This document shows, in pieces, positions 56,179 through 64,000 of a stretch of DNA of 64,000 nucleotides. The notes under the pieces are model-generated. The model was not told where the DNA came from, searched no databases, and was given only the letters and a program-made list of their open reading frames with translations. Source of the DNA: a virus; IMG/VR virus record IMGVR_UViG_3300021964_000021, positions 32,001 to 96,000 of that record; one strand, 5' to 3'. How positions within the stretch are numbered: position 1 is the stretch's first letter; each line of letters opens with the position of its first letter. The translations under genes and the position numbers were made by a program.

Positions 56179-56609
56179 TTGAGTACATACACCACAAGAA
56201 GCAGTATCTATTTGCCACTAATGTTAGTTGGCTGGATGTTGCAAGTCAGATTGAATTAGAGAAGGTTAACGACACTTACAGAGCAATCAGTGATGAGACT
56301 GATCTTTGTATTGATTGTGGATGTGTTCCTGGATTTTTGGCAAACATCTATCAAAAATTCAAAAGAGATTATGGATATAATGCGATGCACATGTACACTT
56401 CTCGTAAGATTGGTGCTGAGACACTAGGTAGACACAATGATGATCAAGACGTTCTTATTGTGCAGTCAAGAGGTAGGATGACATACAAATTTGATGATAA
56501 TAATGTGGTAACATTGTACCCAGGTGATGGATTGTATATTCCCGCCTGGGTACACCACAACCCAATCACCATTGAACCACGAATTACCCTAAGTTTGAGC
56601 AGAGGATGA
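56175..56609 (+). CDS. JmjC/cupin-type oxygenase
   Basis: HNDDQDVLIVQ and LYPGDGLYIP...HH. Confidence 0.7.
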   Translation: MIEYIHHKKQYLFATNVSWLDVASQIELEKVNDTYRAISDETDLCIDCGCVPGFLANIYQKFKRDYGYNAMHMYTSRKIGAETLGRHNDDQDVLIVQSRGRMTYKFDDNNVVTLYPGDGLYIPAWVHHNPITIEPRITLSLSRG

Positions 56610-56833
56610 CCACTGACAAAGAACTAAAAGAAATTTACAATTTTTACAAAGATTGTGATGAAGGATTTGTTACTAGGGACGGGTATGCCGCTGTCCCACT
56701 TATGGGTTCAAAATCCCTTGTAGTAGTGTATAATGGAGAGCAACTAAAGGTGTGTAGGACTGAGAAGTCTGCTCACACTTTTATCAAAAAACATCGCACC
56801 CAAGTCAAAAAAGGAACTGTTTTTGTATCATGA
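56606..56833 (+). CDS. Hypothetical protein
   Basis: ATGA translational coupling. Confidence 0.55.
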   Translation: MTTDKELKEIYNFYKDCDEGFVTRDGYAAVPLMGSKSLVVVYNGEQLKVCRTEKSAHTFIKKHRTQVKKGTVFVS

Positions 56834-57051
56834 TGAACGCTGATCCACATCCAGATACCCTGGTGACAATCACATGTGACAAGGAAGGTCTGAAGACTAT
56901 GATTCAAGCATCTATTGCTGCTATTCAGCAAGGAGATAACTGGAACTTTGGTGACGAGTATGATCTGGATCTCACACCATATCACGATATGCGTGATTCC
57001 CTGATTAAAAAGTATGTGGAGGTGTATGGTGACGAAGATATCACGATCTGA
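56830..57051 (+). CDS. Hypothetical protein
   Basis: ATGA translational coupling. Confidence 0.5.
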   Translation: MMNADPHPDTLVTITCDKEGLKTMIQASIAAIQQGDNWNFGDEYDLDLTPYHDMRDSLIKKYVEVYGDEDITI

Positions 57052-57226
57052 GTTGGTACATCTTCAATTGCAGGCGATGCTCAGGGAGAACAAGTTCCCT
57101 AGTAGTGAGATTATGTACTGTGGTCAGAGAGAAGGAGAGCACTGGTATCTTATTGGCGGTGAACATGAAGTGCCAGTGTCTCAAATTGTAGACATTAATC
57201 CAGTAGATGAAGATCAAGAAGTTTGA
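57026..57226 (+). CDS. Hypothetical protein
   Basis: GGAGG RBS before the ATG at 57026. Confidence 0.55.
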   Translation: MVTKISRSELVHLQLQAMLRENKFPSSEIMYCGQREGEHWYLIGGEHEVPVSQIVDINPVDEDQEV

Positions 57227-57698
57227 AGTCGATGAAAAAGTAACAGAGTATTTTACTTTGTTATTAAAGGTTTGCATGGCAAAACCTGAAGTAATTGATC
57301 ATAAGCAGAGCTCTTTATCTCCAAGTTGCTCTGCTACTTTAAACTTACTCAATTTTAAGATGCCTGAAAAGTTTTATAACTATACTGGCAGATTACTAAG
57401 AAAGTCTGAAGAAGTTACTGGTGAGATATTAAGATACCATTACATGCATATGGTGGATTATACTAATGGTGGTATAATGTCAGTACACTCACACAAACAC
57501 AACGAGGACTATAGTTTTATCCTGTATCTTAACGATTGCTCTGACGGGGATACTGTTCTTCATTTAAAGAATCAGTATAGAGTAACTCCAAAAAAGGGTA
57601 CTGTTCTATTATTCTCCTCGTTAATTCCACACTCGTCTGAATACTCAAAAAGTAAGCAGGTATTTGTGGGTGGTCTTAAAGTAAAACACGAGGTCTAA
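57207..57698 (+). CDS. 2OG-Fe(II) oxygenase
   Basis: HSH, SFILYLND..DGDT and PKKGTVLLFSS...H. Confidence 0.7.
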   Translation: MKIKKFEVDEKVTEYFTLLLKVCMAKPEVIDHKQSSLSPSCSATLNLLNFKMPEKFYNYTGRLLRKSEEVTGEILRYHYMHMVDYTNGGIMSVHSHKHNEDYSFILYLNDCSDGDTVLHLKNQYRVTPKKGTVLLFSSLIPHSSEYSKSKQVFVGGLKVKHEV

Positions 57699-57890
57699 AT
57701 GGATTGGGACAACACCACTAAACTAGAGAAGCGTAAAGATGCATTTTACATCTTTTATGAGAGTGTATTGAAGCCAGACCATGAGTTGCGTCAAGATGCT
57801 CATGAACAGAAGTGTTATCATGAACTGCTTGAATGGCGTGCAGAAATTATTGAATACCTTGACCGACGAAGGAATGAAGAATTCTATTGA
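57699..57890 (+). CDS. Hypothetical protein
   Basis: GAGG RBS; FYESVLKPDHELRQDAH. Confidence 0.55.
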   Translation: MDWDNTTKLEKRKDAFYIFYESVLKPDHELRQDAHEQKCYHELLEWRAEIIEYLDRRRNEEFY

Positions 57891-58407
57891 TAAGTTTGCT
57901 ATTCCGTTTTATCAAACAAAGATTGAGAACTGGGAAGAGAAGAAGCAAAAACTCCTGGACATTTACGATAGATTTGCCCAGGATAATATGGATGAGGGAG
58001 AACAAAATTCTGACTTTGAACAGGATAATAACTATCATATTTTGATTGAGACTATCCTGTTTGATGATATTAAGCGTGCAACAAAGGAACTTGATCTATT
58101 CAAGAGAGCACCGAGAGTTGCTAATGCATGGTTCCAAACCTATGACTTAGCACACTCTCATGCCCTCCATAATCATGGATTGGGTAATCTTAGTATGGTC
58201 TGCTATATAATGTATGATCCTGAGCATCATAGACCAACTACTTTTGTAGCACCATTCATGAGTCTTACTGACGGTAATATTATGGAATGGGAACCAGAAG
58301 GCGTTGAGGAAGGAACTTTAGTCATGTTCCCTTCTGGATTGGCACATTATGTACCAACAAACCAGTCTGATGTCAGAAGAATGATTTTATCTGCAAATAT
58401 AGGGTAA
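57874..58407 (+). CDS. Putative 2OG-Fe(II) oxygenase
   Basis: AWFQ, HALHNHG, EGTLVMFPS.L.HYV and RMILSAN. Confidence 0.75.
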   Translation: MKNSIDKFAIPFYQTKIENWEEKKQKLLDIYDRFAQDNMDEGEQNSDFEQDNNYHILIETILFDDIKRATKELDLFKRAPRVANAWFQTYDLAHSHALHNHGLGNLSMVCYIMYDPEHHRPTTFVAPFMSLTDGNIMEWEPEGVEEGTLVMFPSGLAHYVPTNQSDVRRMILSANIG

Positions 58408-59225
58408 TGTTAAAAGTACCTCATGAAATTCAGTTGCATTTGACTCACTCATGTAATCTTACATGTGAGGGATGTACTCACTACATGAATCAGGGGCACT
58501 CTGGTAAGGTTAGTATAGAGACTGCAACTGAATGGTTTGATCAATGGAACGATAGGATACTTCCAAAAAGAATTACATTGATGGGTGGAGAACCAAGTCT
58601 TCATCCAGATCTTACTGAGTTTGTATATCTGACCAGAGAGAAATGGCCACATTCTTATATTGAGATTGTGTCTAATGGATTCTTTTTGCACAAGCACGGG
58701 AATCTTCCTGTAGCATTGAAGGAGACTAATACGACACTTGCAGTGTCTGTTCATGATGACAGTCATCCAACTTATCGTGAGAAGTTTGAACCAATCTATA
58801 GGTTAATGAAGAACTGGATTGATTTGGGCGCTCCAGTTGAGATGAGACCATCTGTCATCCATTGGTTGGCACAATACAAGGGTTTTGGTGATAAGATGGA
58901 ACCCTTTGAGGATAATAACCCCAAAGCAAGTTGGAAGGCATGTGTATCAAGATTGTGTGTGCAACTGCATGAGGGTAAGTTATGGAAGTGTCCTGCATTA
59001 GCGTATCTTCCTATGCAGGCAGAGAAGTATAACTTGTCTGAGAAGTGGAATCCATATCTAAAATATATTCCACTTCATCATGATTGTACTGCAGAAGAAC
59101 TAAAAAACTTCTTTACTCGTAGGGAAGAATCATTCTGCTCCATGTGTCCTGCTACTGAGCAATATTTTAAACCAGAAAATCCTTTGTTACCTGTGAGTTA
59201 TTGGAAGAAGAAGTATGATACTTGA
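58407..59225 (+). CDS. Radical SAM protein (copy 1)
   Basis: CNLTCEGC, GGEP, SNG and extra C-terminal cysteines. Confidence 0.88.
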   Translation: MLKVPHEIQLHLTHSCNLTCEGCTHYMNQGHSGKVSIETATEWFDQWNDRILPKRITLMGGEPSLHPDLTEFVYLTREKWPHSYIEIVSNGFFLHKHGNLPVALKETNTTLAVSVHDDSHPTYREKFEPIYRLMKNWIDLGAPVEMRPSVIHWLAQYKGFGDKMEPFEDNNPKASWKACVSRLCVQLHEGKLWKCPALAYLPMQAEKYNLSEKWNPYLKYIPLHHDCTAEELKNFFTRREESFCSMCPATEQYFKPENPLLPVSYWKKKYDT

Positions 59226-59970
59226 TGGTGAATTACTAGATCTTTTAGAAAAACTTGCAGACAAAGCAGGAGTATCTCCTTCAGACCGTCTGGATGAGAT
59301 AATAAGAGATGAATACTATAGAATCAATAGAATAATACCGCAACAAGTATCTACAGATCCTTATTGGAGAGACAATAGGGATGTGGAATACTTCCATTTT
59401 TGTGGTAATACAATTTACAGGGCATATAATATGCTCAGTCGCCATCATATGGATAATCTTTTGGATGATATTGATGATGAGTTAAGATTTAGTAAAGATA
59501 AGTGGGACAGATCTGTAGAGGCAACAAATGGATTGCCGCAAAGGAAATTAAGACACTTTACCAGTTGGTATGTGTTTTTTAGTATGGTAAAGAAGCACCT
59601 TCACAACTATGCGAGGATAACAAATAATCCCAGAGTAAAAGAATATAAGGTCCAATCATATTGGGCGAAGAGAATGAAGGGTACAAATCCAGAAGATTAT
59701 AATAATGAACTGGATATAAATTATAGGAACAGTCATAGTCATGAGAACTTTGACCTGGGAATGATATACTATCTTAATAATCCATCAAGAATGTTTGGAA
59801 CACTGATTGAGAATCAAGATAGAGAGATTATTGTTCCAGGTGATGAGAACTCTCTTCTCATTCATCATTCGCACATTAATCACCAACCAGTAATGCCTCC
59901 AAAGCAGATTGCTAACAAGTATTACAGGTGTGTTCTTGTTGTTGACTTTATGCATCCCTCAAAAATATGA
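59215..59970 (+). CDS. Hypothetical protein with a possible oxygenase-fold C-terminus
   Basis: HSH, MIYYL, GT, ENSLLI...H and R.VLVVDF. Confidence 0.45.
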   Translation: MILDGELLDLLEKLADKAGVSPSDRLDEIIRDEYYRINRIIPQQVSTDPYWRDNRDVEYFHFCGNTIYRAYNMLSRHHMDNLLDDIDDELRFSKDKWDRSVEATNGLPQRKLRHFTSWYVFFSMVKKHLHNYARITNNPRVKEYKVQSYWAKRMKGTNPEDYNNELDINYRNSHSHENFDLGMIYYLNNPSRMFGTLIENQDREIIVPGDENSLLIHHSHINHQPVMPPKQIANKYYRCVLVVDFMHPSKI

Positions 59971-60200
59971 ACGCTTCTGACAGGATTAAATACTTTAGTA
60001 TAGTATCAAAGATAAACAAGGGTCGGCTTGATGATATTAATCCAGACGAATTTGCCTGGTTGCAAAAAAACCCAAACATTTTGAAGGATATGAATCTAAC
60101 AAGAAAAAAAGAAGAGATCCTACAAAAATCTATGGGTTGTCAAGGTACTGTAGAAGAGATCCTATTTTCTTTAGACTTGTCAGATAGAATGTATCGGTGA
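59967..60200 (+). CDS. Hypothetical protein
   Basis: ATGA translational coupling. Confidence 0.45.
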   Translation: MNASDRIKYFSIVSKINKGRLDDINPDEFAWLQKNPNILKDMNLTRKKEEILQKSMGCQGTVEEILFSLDLSDRMYR

Positions 60201-60206
60201 TATAAT
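60177..60206 (+). promoter_or_regulatory. Sigma70-like promoter
   Basis: TTGTCA-N18-TATAAT with an extended TG. Confidence 0.55.
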
Positions 60207-60227
60207 GTCCTTAATGCCCTTGCCAGT

Positions 60228-60704
60228 ATGGAACATCTCAAGATACAACCACACCAGACAGTATTAGTTCTTAATTCTAGCTACGAACCAATCAACTTTA
60301 CTAATTGGAGGAGAGCAGTTGTTTTAGTTCTAAAAGATAAGGTACAGGTTCTATCGTCAAGGGTTGTTAGATTGTTGACTTATATTAGAATTCCTGTGAG
60401 GAGTATCATGCAGAATCGTCCAACCAGAAGTCAGATTTATAAGAGAGATAAAAATTCATGTCAGTATTGTGGAGCAACTACTAGACTGACTATTGATCAT
60501 GTTATTCCAAAAAGTAAGGGTGGTCAGGATACTTGGGAAAATTTGGTAGTCGCATGTTCTTCATGCAACGTTAAAAAAAGTGATAAATTACTTGAGCAGA
60601 CTAAACTAAAACTCAGGAAGGAACCAAGAGCACCATTTAATACAGTTGCTATTGACCTTGCAGAATCCAATGTCCCTGAATGGAGGGAGTACAGTTACAC
60701 CTAG
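60228..60704 (+). CDS. HNH endonuclease
   Basis: CQYCG, TIDHVIPKSKGG..TWENLV.AC..CN..K. Confidence 0.9.
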   Translation: MEHLKIQPHQTVLVLNSSYEPINFTNWRRAVVLVLKDKVQVLSSRVVRLLTYIRIPVRSIMQNRPTRSQIYKRDKNSCQYCGATTRLTIDHVIPKSKGGQDTWENLVVACSSCNVKKSDKLLEQTKLKLRKEPRAPFNTVAIDLAESNVPEWREYSYT

Positions 60705-60712
60705 GAGATGAG

Positions 60713-61267
60713 ATGTTCTTTCGTAAATTGAATGAGAAGTTTGTAATTGATCATTACAACAAAACTGGCAAGAAGATTGAATATGGGTTGGATAGTCCCA
60801 TAGGTTTTATGGGAATTAAGTATTCATATATCAATACTACTAATGATGAGGATCTTCTGCAGGTAATTCCTAGAGAGTATAGGTCTCAGTGTACTTTTTC
60901 ATTGATGGAATTGAACTATCAGATTCCTCCTCATACTGATAGTGATATTGAAGCAATTATTAATTTCTATATTAGTACGGATGATTGTATCACTCAGTTC
61001 TATTATCCTCCAGATGATAGTGTTCCCCGTCAACAGATTGACAACCAGACTGATGGTGCTATATTCCATGAAGGATATTTGAAGAAGGCAGTTAGGTTCA
61101 TGGCAAAACCTGGTGATGCATATCTTCTGGACGTATCAAAACCACACTCTGTTATTCCAACTAATCCTGGGATTACAAATCGTAAGTGTGTTTGTCTACA
61201 GATTCTGCATAAGTCGTTTGATGAAGCTGTAGAGATGCTTAAATCTACTGGTTATATTGATGATTGA
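60713..61267 (+). CDS. Putative 2OG-Fe(II)/cupin-fold oxygenase
   Basis: IPPHTD, INFY and LLDVSKPHSV. Confidence 0.55.
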   Translation: MFFRKLNEKFVIDHYNKTGKKIEYGLDSPIGFMGIKYSYINTTNDEDLLQVIPREYRSQCTFSLMELNYQIPPHTDSDIEAIINFYISTDDCITQFYYPPDDSVPRQQIDNQTDGAIFHEGYLKKAVRFMAKPGDAYLLDVSKPHSVIPTNPGITNRKCVCLQILHKSFDEAVEMLKSTGYIDD

Positions 61268-61781
61268 GATTATCGATGATTATCTACCTCAACGTGAATT
61301 TGAGAACATTCGTTCATATTTTGAAGGTGATACTGATGATGGGACATTGAATGGATCATGTTCATGGGTATTCTTTCCTGGATGTGTTGGATTGAATGAT
61401 CCAGATGACCATTTTCATTTCACTCATTTAGTATTTGCTCAGCATAGCATCCTTAGTCCTGCATTTAATTTGATGACACCAATCATCAAGAAGGAGGGTA
61501 TGTCATCTATCGCTAGAATAAAGGTAAATTGTGTCATTAAGACTGAGAAGTTAAAAGTTCTTATCAAAGGATTTCATACTGACTTCCCACAAACATTAAC
61601 AACAGGCATATACTACATTAATACCAATGATGGGTATACCTTGTTTGAAGATGGGACACGATGTGATAGTGTTGCGAATAGATTTTGTAGATTCCCATGC
61701 ACTACAAGACATACTGCTACAACATGTACCACAACTGATCGTAGACTACTAATCAATTTTAATTATTCAACATATGATTGA
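61257..61781 (+). CDS. 2OG-Fe(II) oxygenase
   Basis: IIDDYL, FHTD, IYYINTNDGYT, SVANR and R.LINFNY. Confidence 0.75.
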   Translation: MMIEIIDDYLPQREFENIRSYFEGDTDDGTLNGSCSWVFFPGCVGLNDPDDHFHFTHLVFAQHSILSPAFNLMTPIIKKEGMSSIARIKVNCVIKTEKLKVLIKGFHTDFPQTLTTGIYYINTNDGYTLFEDGTRCDSVANRFCRFPCTTRHTATTCTTTDRRLLINFNYSTYD

Positions 61782-62295
61782 AGTCATTGATGATTACCTG
61801 GATGCAGAGATGCATAGTGATTTGTATAATTACTGGACAGGTAATTATGACAATGGTGATATTGCTAATTCATGTGTATGGACATTTAACAATGGTATAA
61901 ATGCTCCTGGAGATGGTCATTCTCAATACGTTCATTTAATTTACTCAAAGCATCATATTATTAGTAATGCATATAATATTGTAGAACCAATAGTTGACAA
62001 GGAGGATATGAGTGCGATTGCTAGAATAAAGGCGAACGCAATCAGTCAGACTGAAGAATTAGTTGTATTTGATTGGGCATTTCATTGTGACTTTGGTCCC
62101 CATGCAGATAATATGTTGACTGGTATATACTATGTTAATTCAAATGATGGATACACTCTGTTTGAAGATGGATCTAAAGTAGAGAGTGTAGCAAACAGAT
62201 TTGTTAAATTCCCTGCTACCATGATGCATACTGGAACATCATGCACAGATGACTACAGGAGAATAGTTATCAATTTTAACTATTATGCAATTTAA
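61774..62295 (+). CDS. 2OG-Fe(II) oxygenase (tandem paralog)
   Basis: VIDDYL, FHCD, IYYVNSNDGYT, SVANR and RIVINFNY. Confidence 0.75.
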   Translation: MIEVIDDYLDAEMHSDLYNYWTGNYDNGDIANSCVWTFNNGINAPGDGHSQYVHLIYSKHHIISNAYNIVEPIVDKEDMSAIARIKANAISQTEELVVFDWAFHCDFGPHADNMLTGIYYVNSNDGYTLFEDGSKVESVANRFVKFPATMMHTGTSCTDDYRRIVINFNYYAI

Positions 62296-63136
62296 TACTA
62301 AGCAGATAGAACTACATGTAACTCATGCATGTAATTTTACATGTGAGGGTTGCTCTCATTACTCCAATCATGGATACTCTGGTAACTTATCTTTAGATAC
62401 TGCTAGAGAATGGCTATATAATTGGAGTCAAAGGGTGGTGCCTGATACATTTGTCATCCTAGGTGGAGAACCAACATTAAACGAAGAGTTAACAGAGATT
62501 GTATATCTGGTTAGGATGATATATCCTGACCCATCAACTAAGATTGATTTAGTATCAAACGCTAGTTTCTTACATAAACACCCTAGACTCCCTCAAGCAC
62601 TAAAAGCAACACAAACAAACCTAGCGATATCGATTCATAGCACTAAACATAAAGATTATGTAAGGAGGTTCAAGAGAGGATATAAATTAGCAAAGGAATG
62701 GAAGCATAATTTGGGTGTACATGTAGAGTTTTGGGACTTTACAAATACCCATTGGATACCTCAGTACAAGGGATATGGTAATAACTTTATGCCATATGAG
62801 GATGACAATCCTAGATTAAGTTGGGAGAAGTGTGTATCTAAACATGCTATGCAAATACATGAGGGTAAGTTATGGAAGTGCCCTGCACTAGCATATCTCC
62901 CTATGCAAGCAAACAAGTATAATCTGAGTCAAAAGTGGGATCCTTATCTAAAATATGAACCATTGAGTTTAGACTGCACTGACGAAGAGTTAAAAGAGTT
63001 TTTGAGTAGAGAGGACGAATCGTTCTGTTCTATGTGTCCAGCAAACAAGACCGAACCTTACATCAAACAAGATCCAACATTACCTGTTAGTTATTGGGAG
63101 AAAAGATATGATAACATGGGGGATATCATCGAATAG
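62285..63136 (+). CDS. Radical SAM protein (copy 2)
   Basis: CNFTCEGC, GGEP and HEGKLWKCPALAYLPMQA shared with copy 1. Confidence 0.88.
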   Translation: MQFNTKQIELHVTHACNFTCEGCSHYSNHGYSGNLSLDTAREWLYNWSQRVVPDTFVILGGEPTLNEELTEIVYLVRMIYPDPSTKIDLVSNASFLHKHPRLPQALKATQTNLAISIHSTKHKDYVRRFKRGYKLAKEWKHNLGVHVEFWDFTNTHWIPQYKGYGNNFMPYEDDNPRLSWEKCVSKHAMQIHEGKLWKCPALAYLPMQANKYNLSQKWDPYLKYEPLSLDCTDEELKEFLSREDESFCSMCPANKTEPYIKQDPTLPVSYWEKRYDNMGDIIE

Positions 63137-64000
63137 TCACAACGCTGCTCTAGCAGTGTTTTCTAATGACTCTCTCATGTTTGCTAGTCAAAGTGAACGT
63201 TTTAGTAGAAAGAAGAACGATCCATATATTTGTGAAGAACTGATTCATCATGCATTAAAGTATGGTGAACCTGAACTAATTTGTTGGTATGAGCAACCAC
63301 TTAGGAAGAAGTTGCGACAAATTAGGGCGGGTCAAGGGATGTTCCAAGATAACTTCACCAAATACTTTAATTGTAAGCATAAGTTTATTGACCATCATTA
63401 CAGTCATGCTTGTGCTGGATACTTCACTAGCAAGTTCCAGAGTAGTGCTATTCTTGTGATTGATGGTATTGGTGAGACAACTACTATGAGTATTTGGTCT
63501 GCCAAAGGTAGTAATATTAAGCAGTTATGGAAGCTCAAGTATCCAAATAGCATTGGTCTCTGGTATTCTGCAATGACTCAACGTTGTGGATTTAAACCAA
63601 ATGAAGAAGAATACCTAATGATGGGTCTATCAGCATATGGTAATGGTGGAGAATATGTTGGTAAGATTATGAGTGAATTGATTGGGATGGATTTTGAGTG
63701 CAAACAAAACATGCATAGGGGGATAGGTGACTGGCAACCAGAGGCATCTCCTGAGGAGATCGCTGCTGCATCTCAAACTGTTTATGCTACTTTATTTTGT
63801 AATGCACTCTCCCTCACAAAAAGATTGACTGGTAGTGATAACATTGTAATTATGGGTGGGTGTGCATTGAATTGTGCTGCAAACACACATGCATATGACT
63901 TCTTTAAACGAGTGTGGATTATGCCAGCACCAGATGATGCTGGATCTGCTATTGGTGCGGTGCTTGCCCATAAGAAGATAAGAATACCATTCACTCCCTA
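63108..64000 (+). CDS. Carbamoyltransferase, NodU/CmcH family (copy 4), 3'-truncated by the window edge
   Basis: Hand translation gives MITWGISSNSHNAALA, SERFSRKKND, HHYSHA, IDGIGE, MMGLSAYG, GGCALNC and DAGSAIGA. Absent from the ORF track because there is no stop in the window. Confidence 0.9.
   Translation, partial: MITWGISSNSHNAALAVFSNDSLMFASQSERFSRKKNDPYICEELIHHALKYGEPELICWYEQPLRKKLRQIRAGQGMFQDNFTKYFNCKHKFIDHHYSHACAGYFTSKFQSSAILVIDGIGETTTMSIWSAKGSNIKQLWKLKYPNSIGLWYSAMTQRCGFKPNEEEYLMMGLSAYGNGGEYVGKIMSELIGMDFECKQNMHRGIGDWQPEASPEEIAAASQTVYATLFCNALSLTKRLTGSDNIVIMGGCALNCAANTHAYDFFKRVWIMPAPDDAGSAIGAVLAHKKIRIPFTP

Noticed and set aside
60228-60704. HNH gene as an intron-borne homing endonuclease
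   Set aside because: It is free-standing with its own promoter. The flanking genes are not halves of one gene and no intron structure was recognised.
63782-63994. 70-aa minus-strand ORF
   Set aside because: It is antisense to carbamoyltransferase copy 4, which is open to the end of the window.

Overview
This window is 64 kb of a T4-like marine cyanomyovirus genome (Kyanoviridae-type). It carries core T4-like genes (thyX, phoH, gp33, gp59, gp32, gp53, gp48, gp2, gp4, gp26, gp51, gp5-like), cyanophage auxiliary genes (CP12, a ferredoxin-dependent bilin reductase, glutaredoxin) and three tRNAs (Gly-TCC, Leu-TAA, Thr-TGT). The accessory load is large: an ADP-heptose-type sugar pathway with a GT-B glycosyltransferase, four NodU/CmcH carbamoyltransferase paralogs, about 14 2OG-Fe(II)/cupin oxygenase-like genes, two paralogous radical SAM genes, and a nuclease-helicase-methyltransferase cassette. 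The most striking unexplained structure is at 15.52-16.54 kb. An NtcA-type box and a sigma70 promoter precede two tandem glutamine-riboswitch-like aptamers, each with a complete small ORF nested in its P2 loop, upstream of DUF4278-like genes. Other candidates are a -1 slippery site that would fuse gp26 to gp51, a beta-propeller inserted into gp53, and a structured gp32 leader. All family calls come from motif recognition by eye; no searches were run.
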